Source of the DNA: Nostoc punctiforme PCC 73102
Lineage (GTDB): Bacteria > Cyanobacteriota > Cyanobacteriia > Cyanobacteriales > Nostocaceae
Direction of reading: 5' to 3'
DNA length: 32,000 bases
Assembly: GCF_000020025.1 (NCBI RefSeq)
Contig: NC_010628.1
Coordinates: 240,001 to 272,000, forward strand
Below the pieces are notes generated by a model. That model saw only the letters and a program-made list of their open reading frames with translations, was not told the origin of the DNA and searched no databases. Of this stretch, positions 18,026 through 27,175 are shown one piece after another. A program made the translations under genes and the position numbers. The stretch's first letter is position 1. Each line of letters starts with the position of its first letter.

Positions 18026-19102
18026 ATGAACTGGTATCCAATAAAATTAACTACCCACATTAATAAGTATGTTTTTGGCGGTCGTCTCATTCAGGAGCGA
18101 CTCAGCAAAGCTAATCTTCCAGATAGTATTGTTGCAAAGACGTGGGAGATAAGCGACTATCAGGACAAGACTGGTATCGTCACCAACGGCAACTTCGCCG
18201 GAAAAACTCTTCACGATCTGGTTGAGGCATACCCAGACGAATTGGTAGGCGTTGGCTGGCGCGGGCCGCATTTCCCTATCCTATAGAAGTTCATTGATGC
18301 TTCGAGTCGGCTGCCGATTCACCTTCATCCCGACGACGAGACTGCTCAACGCCTTTATAGTGAGCCGAACGGCAAAACCGAAGCATGGCATATTTTGTGG
18401 GCAGCACCGAATGCCAGCATTTTAGCAGGTGTAAAAATTGGTGTAACCCATGAGCAATTGTTTGACGCTTTCAAGAAGCAAGACTACAATGCGGTAATGC
18501 CACGCTTCCCCATCAAAGGAGGCGACACCGTTTATGTGCCAAGCGGGATAATACACAGCTTTGGACCCGACACTCTGATTTTCGAGGTCGAACAAACATC
18601 CGACCTTTCGCAAGACGTAATGCCGAGTGATATGAAAGGCAACAGTCGCAGCGAGAACGAGTGGGAAAAGTGCATTAATACTACCCTTGAGCAACTACGT
18701 ACTGATTACCAGCCACGTCCTTTTGCTGGACTCTTATTACAAGAAGGAGCCAACCGTTACATCAAAGGATGCGCCGGACCATACTTTGCACTCGAAAGAT
18801 GGACCCTAACCCAAGCGCATATTGAGCCGGAACACCCGTGGCGTTGCCTGACCCTATCCAATATTGGAACGTCAGTAAGGATTGAGTACCAGGGTGGAAG
18901 TGAGACACTTGCTTGTGGTGAGTCATGCATTATCCCAGCTGCTCTTAACGGAGTGCGAATCTTACCTACTGGGCAGCCTGAAAGCGCGGCAAGCCTGATT
19001 GTTTGCTATGTCCCGGATTTAGAAAGCGACATAGTTATGCCACTTCGATCGCTAGGTCATTCAGACGATGACATACGCGCACTTGGTGAAGTTGGAATTT
19101 AA
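18026..19102 (+). pseudogene. Type I (cupin) mannose-6-phosphate isomerase interrupted by one in-frame TAG
   Basis: ORFs 18026-18286 and 18395-19102 share one frame. Reading through gives ...GPHFPIL TAG KFIDASSRLPIHLHPDDETAQRLYSEPNGKTEAWHIL...VYVPSGIIHSF. This is collinear with my memory of Bacillus Pmi: RFPLLTKLLD...IKVHPDD...GKTECWYI...PSGTLHA. Confidence 0.8.
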
Positions 19103-19126
19103 GCCATCACCCTGGCTTTCTTAATT

Positions 19127-19249
19127 TTGAATTTCTATAAAATCTGTTTGAAAGCTTATGCAATCTGGCAAAAAATGGGCTATCCAAATGGCAAGTCTGT
19201 AAAATATTGGCTTCAGGCTGAAAAGAAGTTGATAGATTTTAAAATTTAA
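19127..19249 (+). CDS. Possible small DUF2934-like peptide or gene fragment
   Basis: The frame reads ...KAYAIWQKMGYPNGKSVKYWLQAEKKLIDFKI stop. This resembles the A-Y-x-x-W-x-x-x-G-x-P-x-G...W-x-x-A-E motif I associate with DUF2934. Only TTG starts (19127 or 19148) are available upstream of the motif. Confidence 0.25.
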   Translation: MNFYKICLKAYAIWQKMGYPNGKSVKYWLQAEKKLIDFKI

Positions 19250-19977
19250 CTTTATTCGGTAAATTAAGCTCTGAAGTTAACTGTTAGCAGTCATTACTTG
19301 ATTGATAAGGGTTTGAGCTATTTTCTACCCAAGTATTTAAGATGTAGCGCGTAGGATGCTACAAATCCAAGTGTTTTTGTAGTGTCTCTTGCGATACTAA
19401 TCATTCGCAGGCTTAATTGATGTCGCCAAGCATTTATGCAAATCAGTTGCACTTGCACTGGCAAACTTGACTTTATCTTCAGAATTGGGGTGGTTGCAGG
19501 CAAAAATGCTATCTATCTAGCAAATTCAATGGATGGTTCCCTTATTCTCTTATATAACCTGATTTTAGTTATTTTCCTTTTGTTTGCTAATGCTTATTGA
19601 CTAATAAATGAGTTTAAAACATTTATTTAGACAATTTATATAAATAAAATTCTTCTGACAAGCACTTTATCGTGTGGCAGATTTATGATAGTTATTAGGC
19701 ACCTAAATTTAATGCTTTTTTTTTAGATAACCTGGCAAAGATTGGTAATGTATATGCCATAATGTCACGAGCTAGGGCTATATAAACTTATTGTTATACT
19801 TCACCACATAAGTTGGGAAGGTATCAGTATTGGCTACGAAAAAATATAATACTACTAGCCCTAACCGATCGATGAATGATTGGGTAAAAACTCATGCTAA
19901 ATCTGGGAATCCAATATTTGGGTCTGGATCTAATCTATAGCAGGGGTTGATTGAGTTATGGATAGGGAGGAAATTTG

Positions 19978-21834
19978 ATGAAATTGTTAGATTTAGACAA
20001 TCCTGAGGTTAAATTAGCCTCTAAAACTGATAGTAATTTTGTGGACTTAACAGCAACACACCCACGGCCATTGTTAAAGCGATCGCGCTGGCAATCTTTA
20101 AATGGGCTGTGGAAATTTTCATTTGATGACCAGGGAAAATGTGTCGAACCCAGCGATTTTAGTCAATGGTCTAATTATATAGAAGTTCCTTATGCGCCCG
20201 AATCTACCAAAAGTGGGATTAACGATCGCGGGTTTCATCCAAACTGCTGGTATGAGCGAGAATTTGAAACACCACCAGGGGACGGCAGATTACTGTTACA
20301 CTTTGGCGCTGTGGACTATCGCGCTCGTGTGTGGGTAAACGATAAATACATAGCCGAGCATGAAGGCGGACACACCTCTTTCACTCTCGATATTACCCAT
20401 GCCTTAAATGACAGTGGTACTACAAAGGTAACAGTGTGGGCGCAAGACGATCCGCACGACCTCGCCAAACCTCGTGGTAAACAAGATTGGCACTTGAAAC
20501 CCCATAGTATTTGGTATCCTCGCACAAGTGGTATTTGGCAAACAGTTTGGCTGGAACGTGTAGGTGAGACTTATATCGGTAATCTTCGTTGGATTCCCGA
20601 CTGCGAACGGTGGGAAATTGGGTTTGAAGCTGGGCTGGCTGGTAATTTACTTACTTCGGGTGTACAAATTAAAATTAAACTCAGCGCTGGCGGTCGGGTG
20701 TTAGCAAGCGATACCTATGAAATATTCAATGGAGAAATTACCCGCCGCATTGTTCTGAGCGATCCGGGTATTGACGATTGCCGTAATGAATTACTGTGGA
20801 GTCCAGAAAAGCCGACGCTGATAGATGCTCAAATTCAGCTATGGGATAAAGATTGTCTTTTAGATGAAGTGCAATCTTATACAGCGATGCGGACTGTGAG
20901 CATTCAGCGCGATCGCTTTATGCTCAACGGTCGCCCCTACTATCTGCGGCTAGTTCTCGACCAAGGCTATTGGCCTGAGACATTAATGACTCCACCCAGT
21001 GACGAAGCATTACGACATGATGTAGAACTCGTCAAAGCTATGGGTTTTAACGGAGTACGCAAACACCAAAAAATTGAAGACCCCCGCTTTTTATATTGGG
21101 CAGACGTTTTAGGGTTGTTAGTATGGGAGGAGATGCCCAGCGCTTACCGCTTCACACCGAAAGCTGTGGAACGGATGACCCATGAATGGACGGAAATCAT
21201 CAAGCGAGATGTCAGCCATCCTTGTATTGTGGCGTGGGTGCCGTTTAATGAATCTTGGGGTGTGCCAAATTTGGTTGAAACGGCGGCTCATCGTAACTAC
21301 GTGTTAGCTATGTATCATCTGACTAAAACTCTCGATCCAACTCGCCCAGTAATTGGTAACGATGGTTGGGAAAGTACAGATACTGACATCCTCGCTATTC
21401 ACGACTATGAACGCCAGCCTGAGCGATTAGCCCATCGCTACAGAGCGGATATTCAAATATCGGATTTATTTGAGCGTAGCCGTCCTGGGGGGCGTATCCT
21501 CACCCTGGATAACTATCCCCATCAGGGACAACCAGTGATGTTGACCGAGTTTGGTGGCATCGCTTATGCCCCCATTGACCAACCTAATGCCGATCAAGCT
21601 TGGGGATATGAACACTGCTCAAATATCTCCGAACTAGAAATGAAATACGCTGCTCTGCTCAAAACAGTTAATGACATTGAGCTATTTAGCGGATTCTGTT
21701 ACACACAATTAACTGATACCTTTCAAGAAGCTAACGGTTTATTGTATGGCGATCGCACGCCGAAATTTCCCATTGAGGCAATCCGCGCAGCAACCCTCTC
21801 AGGACAAGGTTTATGTACTCCCACAAGCTGTTAA
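19978..21834 (+). CDS. Glycoside hydrolase family 2 (beta-glucuronidase/beta-galactosidase-size class, about 618 aa)
   Basis: A GGGAGG Shine-Dalgarno lies 7 nt before the ATG at 19978. Sequence includes NGLWKFSFD..., a sugar-binding-domain-like N-terminus and NGVRKHQK. The acid/base motif is WVPFNESWG and the nucleophile motif is VMLTEFGG. Confidence 0.85.
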   Translation: MKLLDLDNPEVKLASKTDSNFVDLTATHPRPLLKRSRWQSLNGLWKFSFDDQGKCVEPSDFSQWSNYIEVPYAPESTKSGINDRGFHPNCWYEREFETPPGDGRLLLHFGAVDYRARVWVNDKYIAEHEGGHTSFTLDITHALNDSGTTKVTVWAQDDPHDLAKPRGKQDWHLKPHSIWYPRTSGIWQTVWLERVGETYIGNLRWIPDCERWEIGFEAGLAGNLLTSGVQIKIKLSAGGRVLASDTYEIFNGEITRRIVLSDPGIDDCRNELLWSPEKPTLIDAQIQLWDKDCLLDEVQSYTAMRTVSIQRDRFMLNGRPYYLRLVLDQGYWPETLMTPPSDEALRHDVELVKAMGFNGVRKHQKIEDPRFLYWADVLGLLVWEEMPSAYRFTPKAVERMTHEWTEIIKRDVSHPCIVAWVPFNESWGVPNLVETAAHRNYVLAMYHLTKTLDPTRPVIGNDGWESTDTDILAIHDYERQPERLAHRYRADIQISDLFERSRPGGRILTLDNYPHQGQPVMLTEFGGIAYAPIDQPNADQAWGYEHCSNISELEMKYAALLKTVNDIELFSGFCYTQLTDTFQEANGLLYGDRTPKFPIEAIRAATLSGQGLCTPTSC

Positions 21835-22913
21835 AGCCCGACGGACGCAAACTAAAGTTATACAGTCGCTACCCAATTACTAGTCAGTTAGAAGCCACTA
21901 GCCCTAGTAATGAGCCAGTGCAAGCTAATCCCCACTTGCGCTGGCACCCCTTGCGGGGTGAATGGGTAGCTTATGCGAGTCACCGTCAAGGGCGGACATT
22001 CATGCCGCCCCCAGAATATAATCCCCTCGCACCTACCACCAACCCTGAGTTCCCAACAGAACTACCCCAAGGTAAGTATGACGTGGCAGTGTTTGATAAC
22101 CGCTTTCCCTCAATGACTCCCACAGCCAACAATCCACCTGATACCATCGTGGAAACGTTACCAGCTAATGGAGCCTGTGAGGTAGTGGTTTTTACGCAAG
22201 ATGCCCGCGCCTCCTTGAGTTCCTTAGAGTTGGATCATCTAGATTTGTTGTTGGAAGTCTGGGGCGATCGCACCCGCGAACTAGGACTAAATCCGCAAAT
22301 TCAGTATGTGCTGCCCTTTGAAAATAAAGGGGTAGAGGTGGGTGTAACATTGCACCATCCCCACGGGCAAATTTACGCCTATCCTTTTATACCGCCTGTT
22401 CCGGCGCGGATGCTGTCAATGCAGCAGGAGTATTATGAAAAACATCGGCGGGGTTTACTGCAAGACTTGATTCAGAAGGAAATTGCAGACAATCGACGGA
22501 TTATTTATCAAGATGAGTATGCGATCGCATTTGTCCCCGTATGCGCTCGTTACCCCTATGAAGTCTGGATTGCACCGAAAGAGCCAGTTAGCACTTTCAT
22601 GGATCTTACCCCAGAACAACGTTGGGGACTTGCCAAAGCGTTAAAAACTGTCACTCTCAAGTATGACGGTTTGTGGAATCGCCCGTTTCCTTACTTGATG
22701 GCTTGGTTCCAAGCACCCACGGATGGTTTAGCCCATCCAGAAGCGCATTTACACGCCGAGTTTTTTCCACCATATCGGACAAGCGAAAGGCTGAAGTATC
22801 TGGCGGGAACCGAACTTGCAGCCGGGATGTTTGCCAATGATGCTTTACCAGAAGAAAAAGCAAAGGAACTACAAGCTGTGGTGGTAAATATTGAAGAACC
22901 GATTTCGGTGTGA
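21813..22913 (+). CDS. galT: Galactose-1-phosphate uridylyltransferase (HIT superfamily)
   Basis: HLRWHPLRGEWVAYASHRQGR, FENKG and the active-site HHPHGQIYAYPF. The start overlaps the GH2 stop by 22 nt, implying translational coupling. Confidence 0.92.
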   Translation: MYSHKLLKPDGRKLKLYSRYPITSQLEATSPSNEPVQANPHLRWHPLRGEWVAYASHRQGRTFMPPPEYNPLAPTTNPEFPTELPQGKYDVAVFDNRFPSMTPTANNPPDTIVETLPANGACEVVVFTQDARASLSSLELDHLDLLLEVWGDRTRELGLNPQIQYVLPFENKGVEVGVTLHHPHGQIYAYPFIPPVPARMLSMQQEYYEKHRRGLLQDLIQKEIADNRRIIYQDEYAIAFVPVCARYPYEVWIAPKEPVSTFMDLTPEQRWGLAKALKTVTLKYDGLWNRPFPYLMAWFQAPTDGLAHPEAHLHAEFFPPYRTSERLKYLAGTELAAGMFANDALPEEKAKELQAVVVNIEEPISV

Positions 22914-23007
22914 CAGGGTTTGAAACTGTAATTTAATTTCTTGACAAACCTACCCATTTATTAATGTTTGTCCACCTCTTGAATTAGTTCATCAACAAAC
23001 TGTCTTA

Positions 23008-23161
23008 GAGGATGTTTGAAAATTCTACGCTTGTATTCAGATCCCCCCTATAGCCCCCATTAAAAAAGGGGGAATAACCTTCTCAAAGTCCTCCTTAAAA
23101 AGGAGGATTTAGGAGGATCTAAAGTTTTGTATACCTCAGTCACCACTTTTCAAACAACCTC
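23008..23161. mobile_element. MITE, about 154 bp
   Basis: Terminal inverted repeats are GAGGATGTTTGAAAA (23008-23022) and TTTTCAAACAACCTC (23147-23161), matching at 14/15. They are flanked by TTA on both sides (23005-23007 and 23162-23164). The interior is the GATCCCCCC...AAAAAGGGGG / CCTCCTTAAAAAGGAGG...GGATC palindromic module common in Nostoc spacers. Confidence 0.6.
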
Positions 23162-23163
23162 TT

Positions 23164-23193
23164 AACCATCCCTTCTAATCAGGGATGGTTTTT
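23164..23193 (+). terminator. Rho-independent terminator candidate for the GH2-galT operon
   Basis: 10-bp stem AACCATCCCT / AGGGATGGTT, 7-nt loop, then a T-run. Confidence 0.55.
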
Positions 23194-23394
23194 AACTTTT
23201 TTGTAATACCGTTTCACTTTAAAAATAATCATACAAATAGTTAGAGCCACAGCATTGCTATGCCCTTACGAGAAATCTATATAACTCCAGACTGGATTCT
23301 GATAGTTCTGCTATAAGCCTTCTGATAGTGTATTTCTCCAAACAAAAGAGTTTAGGCTGGGGGTGTTTAGTTATAAAGATGAGAGGTAATAGTT

Positions 23395-23607
23395 ATGCCT
23401 GGTGGACATGCTAGCCATAAAGGTGCTTCTAATAAACCCAATATTAATGCCAATGGAGTAATTGATGATGCTGCCGATCAATCATTAAACCCTGACGATC
23501 TCCTGTCTGAAGAGCAAACTAACACAGAAGTCCATAGAGTCGAAGAAAGTGTTAAATTTCCTCCTGCTACCGAACGCCCAGGTGAAAAATCAAATACTAG
23601 TACCTGA
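23395..23607 (+). CDS. Hypothetical small hydrophilic (disordered) protein, 70 aa
   Basis: The ATG is preceded by GAGAGGT. There is no motif and the composition is low-complexity. Confidence 0.35.
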   Translation: MPGGHASHKGASNKPNINANGVIDDAADQSLNPDDLLSEEQTNTEVHRVEESVKFPPATERPGEKSNTST

Positions 23608-23940
23608 AGTAACAATAGGACTTATATTTGATTTTTGAAATAGGCGTAGTAGGCATAGGGTGCGTTACGCTTTGCTAACGCACCTCACATAAGTCAATAC
23701 AGTTCAGATAAGACCAAAACACTTGTAGAGACGGCGATTTATCGCGTCTCAAAAACCCAAAATTTTTGCCAGTAGCCCTTAACTGAACCGTATTGTCATA
23801 TAAGTAGGTCGGCGTAAATAATTATCGTTGGGATAAGGCAGGGGGCAATGGAGCATATTTACCCGTCAGTGGTGGTATACAAATGCTTTGATCGGTGCCA
23901 GGAAGCAATGACCAGACGAGGTGAAGGGATTTCAATATAC

Positions 23941-23976
23941 AAAAATCCCCCTCAATACCGTTAGGTTAGAGGGGGA
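23941..23976 (-). terminator. Rho-independent terminator of the psaB paralog
   Basis: The reverse strand reads CTCCCCCTC-(15 nt loop)-GAGGGGGATTTTT, beginning about 35 nt after the stop. The stem is 23947-23953 with 23969-23975. Confidence 0.65.
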
Positions 23977-24009
23977 GATGGCTAAGTCAGAGGATATCTA
24001 TCAAAAACT

Positions 24010-26238
24010 TCAACCGAATTTCCCGGCAGTTGAAGCTATGAGGAATGCTGCATAAGTAAGGATGTAGCCAACTGTAAAGTGAGCTAGACCTACTAACCAA
24101 CCCTGGACAATAGACAGAGCAACAGGCTTATCTTTCCAGTGAACTAAGTTAGCTAGCGGAGTGCGTTCGTGTGCCCAGACAAGAGTTTCAATTAACTCTT
24201 GCCAGTAGCCACGCCAGCTAATCAAGAACATGAAACCAGTTGCCCAAACCAGGTGTCCAAAGAGGAACATCCAAGCCCAGACAGACAAATTATTTGTGCC
24301 GTAGGGGTTATAACCGTTAATCAACTGAGCGGAGTTAGCCCAGAGGTAATCACGGAACCAACCCATCAGGTATGTAGAGTTCTCATTGAATTGAGCGACG
24401 TTACCTTGCCAAACGCCTAGATGCTTCCAATGCCAATAAAAAGTCACCCAACCAAGGAGATTCAGCATCCAGAAGATGGCGAGATAAAAAGACTGTTCCC
24501 AAGAGGAAGTTTGGCAAGTACCACCCCGACCAGGCCCATCGCAGGGGAAGGTGAAGCCGAAGTCCTTTTTATCAGGCATCAATTTGGTACCACGAGCATC
24601 CAATGCGCCCTTGACACAAATTAATGTGGTAGTGTGCAACCCTAAAGCGATCGCATGGTGAACCAGGAAATCACCAGGCCCAATCGTCAAGAACAGGGAG
24701 TTAGTACCGGAATTAATCGCTGCTGTCCAGTTTGGCAACCAAACGTTACCGTAATTGGGCCAAGCTGTGTAGGCAATGCTATCTGGGTTAGATAGTAAAG
24801 TATCCATCCCATACAGTAGTTTCCCGTGAGCAGATTGGATGAATTGAGCAAATACTGGCTCAATCAAAATTTGCTTTTCAGGAGTGCCAAAGGCAACTAC
24901 AACATCGTTGTGGACGTACAATCCGAGGGTGTGAAAGCCTAAGAATAGCGACACCCAACTTAAGTGAGAAATAATCGCTTCTTTATGCTGAAGTACACGC
25001 TCCAGGACGTTGCCTTTGTTTTGCTCTGGGTCGTAATCCCGAACCCAGAAGATACCAGCATGAGCGAATGCACCAATCATCAAGAACCCAGCGATGTACT
25101 GGTGATGAGTGTACAGTGCCGCCTGTGTTGTGTAGTCCTTACCGATGAAGGCGTAAGGAGGCATCGAGTACATGTGCTGTGCTACTAACGACAGGGCAGT
25201 ACCCAACGCTGCCAAGTGTAAAGATAACTGGAAGTGCAGCGAGTTGTTATAGGTGTCGTATAGCCCTTGGTGCGGTAAGTTGAACTGACCTTCAGTTTGG
25301 ATGCCAAAGAATTTTTTGGAGTTGAGCATCTCTTTGATGCTGTGACCAATCCCGAAGTTAGTCCGGTACATGTGACCGGCAACGATAAAGATGACTGCGA
25401 TCGCTAAATGGTGATGAGCCATATCGGTCAGCCATAGCGATTCAGTCTGGGGATGGAAACCACCCAAAAAAGTCAGAATAGCAGTCCCTGCGCCTTGAGA
25501 TGTGCCAAACAGATGCCCTGCTGTATCAGGATTCTGAGCGTATACACCCCAGTCACCCCTCCAGAAAGGTGCTAAACCTGCTGGGTGAGGTAAGGTAGTG
25601 AGAAAATTATTCCAACCAACATGCTGACCGCGAGATTCGGGAATGGCAACGTGAATAAGATGTCCAGCCCAAGCTAGAGAGCTAACACCAAACAAACCTG
25701 CCAGGTGGTGATTCAAACGAGGTTCAGCACTCTTGAACCAAGCCAAGCTGGGACGATATTTAGGTTGCAAGTGGAGCCAACCAGCAAACAAGAACAATGC
25801 TGCTAACAGCAACAAAAACACTGAACCTTGATAGAGGTCATTATTCGTCCGCATCCCAATGGTGTACCACCAGTGGTAGACACCAGAGTAAGCAATGTTA
25901 ACAGGATAGGGAGCGCCCCCTTGGGTAAAAGCTTGTACTGCTGCTTTACCGAAATGAGGGTCCCAAATTGCGTGGGCGATTGGGCGAATATGCAGCGGAT
26001 CTTTAATCCACTGTTCAAAATTACCTTGCCAAGCTACGTGGAATAATAAGCTAGATGCCCACAGAAATATGATTGCCACGTGACCGAAGTGAGTAGCGAA
26101 AATCTTTTGGTAAAGATTTTCCTCGGTCATACCATCATGGCTTTCAAAATCATTTCCCGTAGCGATCGCATACCAGATCCGACGTGTAGTCGGGTCTTGT
26201 GCGAGATCCTGGTTAAATTTAGGATATTTTGTGGCCAT
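24010..26238 (-). CDS. psaB: Photosystem I P700 apoprotein A2 paralog (PsaB2-type, stand-alone)
   Basis: 742 aa: [26 protein letters not shown]... It has the FX loop [39 protein letters not shown] and the C-terminus ...[10 protein letters not shown]. An AAGGAG Shine-Dalgarno is present. No psaA lies upstream on the same strand. Confidence 0.95.
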   Translation of the reverse strand: MATKYPKFNQDLAQDPTTRRIWYAIATGNDFESHDGMTEENLYQKIFATHFGHVAIIFLWASSLLFHVAWQGNFEQWIKDPLHIRPIAHAIWDPHFGKAAVQAFTQGGAPYPVNIAYSGVYHWWYTIGMRTNNDLYQGSVFLLLLAALFLFAGWLHLQPKYRPSLAWFKSAEPRLNHHLAGLFGVSSLAWAGHLIHVAIPESRGQHVGWNNFLTTLPHPAGLAPFWRGDWGVYAQNPDTAGHLFGTSQGAGTAILTFLGGFHPQTESLWLTDMAHHHLAIAVIFIVAGHMYRTNFGIGHSIKEMLNSKKFFGIQTEGQFNLPHQGLYDTYNNSLHFQLSLHLAALGTALSLVAQHMYSMPPYAFIGKDYTTQAALYTHHQYIAGFLMIGAFAHAGIFWVRDYDPEQNKGNVLERVLQHKEAIISHLSWVSLFLGFHTLGLYVHNDVVVAFGTPEKQILIEPVFAQFIQSAHGKLLYGMDTLLSNPDSIAYTAWPNYGNVWLPNWTAAINSGTNSLFLTIGPGDFLVHHAIALGLHTTTLICVKGALDARGTKLMPDKKDFGFTFPCDGPGRGGTCQTSSWEQSFYLAIFWMLNLLGWVTFYWHWKHLGVWQGNVAQFNENSTYLMGWFRDYLWANSAQLINGYNPYGTNNLSVWAWMFLFGHLVWATGFMFLISWRGYWQELIETLVWAHERTPLANLVHWKDKPVALSIVQGWLVGLAHFTVGYILTYAAFLIASTAGKFG

Positions 26239-26509
26239 GCAATTTAATTACATCTCCTTAAACGCTAATCCAAGTTACTAGTTCTAGTGAGCCAGCAACT
26301 TTTTACAATTGAATCAGCACCCTTTCAGCCTTGAATTGGATGTCAATCTAAATAGCACAAAGCTGATGAGTATTGAGTATAAAACAGGGTTAATTCTTAG
26401 ACTTACATCATTAGGCGGTATGATGCAATTCATTTCCATAGAAGTAATAAACTAATTAATGACTACCATTTCCATCTAACTATAGGAGGATATTTTTATT
26501 AAATGAACT

Positions 26510-26525
26510 TGTAGCCTTAAATACA
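26510..26525. promoter_or_regulatory. NtcA-consensus palindrome TGTA-N8-TACA (candidate only)
   Basis: TGTAGCCTTAAATACA lies 272-287 nt upstream of the psaB start. On the psaB strand, TATCCT and TATAGT follow at 18 and 26 nt, not the canonical spacing of about 22 nt. Confidence 0.2.
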
Positions 26526-26591
26526 GTCCCAGAGCTGCAAAATTTACTAAATTTTTATTAACACGAGCTTAGATTTTGTTTAAGTATGTGG

Positions 26592-26606
26592 CATGAGAAT
26601 GATTAT
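26592..26606. repeat. 15-nt exact match to the inner part of the IS left terminal repeat
   Basis: CATGAGAATGATTAT is identical to 1531-1545. Confidence 0.4.
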
Positions 26607-26710
26607 TTTAGCAAAATAAAACACAAAACTAAGCTCAACTTTATGCAGTACTTGGTAAAGTCTAATACAAGAAATCGTACTTTTCGCAAAACCTAAGTTA
26701 GATAAATTAC

Positions 26711-26986
26711 TTAGGGGTTAATAATTCCGTAGTAAATGGCGACAACAAATAAGAAAGTAGCCAATATAACCAGGGTAAAACCATAGCGAACTAGTGGGTT
26801 GGGTAAATCCTGATTGGTGATTACACTATCCCTTTGTACCTGAGTAATAGGCTCAGATTTCCCGGTTTCTTGGGGATTCATATCGCTAGCTGTGTTGTCT
26901 GACAGGGGAACATTATTTTCTGTTATTTTGTTTTGAGTTTCTTGGGATTTCATGGGCTTTTTTTGATTTTTTTGTAGCTCCTGCAT
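26711..26986 (-). CDS. Hypothetical tail-anchored small membrane protein, 91 aa
   Basis: Hydrophilic Q/N/T-rich N-terminus followed by a single C-terminal TM helix (GFTLVILATFLFVVAIYYGII). Confidence 0.45.
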   Translation of the reverse strand: MQELQKNQKKPMKSQETQNKITENNVPLSDNTASDMNPQETGKSEPITQVQRDSVITNQDLPNPLVRYGFTLVILATFLFVVAIYYGIINP

Positions 26987-27175
26987 TTTTATAATTTCAA
27001 AAATTTACTAAGGAGTACATCGTTCTTGAGAACTACCTTGGCTTGATGTGGATTCGCCTAGAGGAGTTAGTCTATATGAAGTTGCTCTGTAATTGCGAAT
27101 ACACTTTTCTAAGCAACTAGATGAAATTTAAATTTTTGAGTTTTTATAAAATTACCAATTCGTGGAGCGAGTATA

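Noticed and set aside
14535-18286. Idea that the two in-frame TAG codons reflect amber suppression or recoding (for example pyrrolysine-like)
   Set aside because: There are only two cases, with different contexts, no shared downstream structure, and no suppressor tRNA or pyl-type genes in view. Simple nonsense mutations explain both.
19318-19503. 61-aa minus-strand ORF in the spacer upstream of GH2
   Set aside because: It has no ribosome-binding site and no motif, its composition matches the surrounding spacer, and it starts at a non-ATG codon.
24199-26046. Seven short ORFs inside the psaB region: five antisense (24199-24420, 24421-24624, 24964-25188, 25828-26046 and similar) and two same-strand out-of-frame (25185-25382, 25803-26018)
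   Set aside because: They lie entirely within a highly conserved 742-aa gene and have no motifs or ribosome-binding sites. They are typical out-of-frame shadows of a long ORF.
26239-26710. Search for a psaA C-terminal remnant upstream of psaB, by analogy with the galT remnant
   Set aside because: Translating the minus strand in all frames gave nothing resembling the PsaA C-terminus (...VGVAHYLLGG...), so no claim is made.
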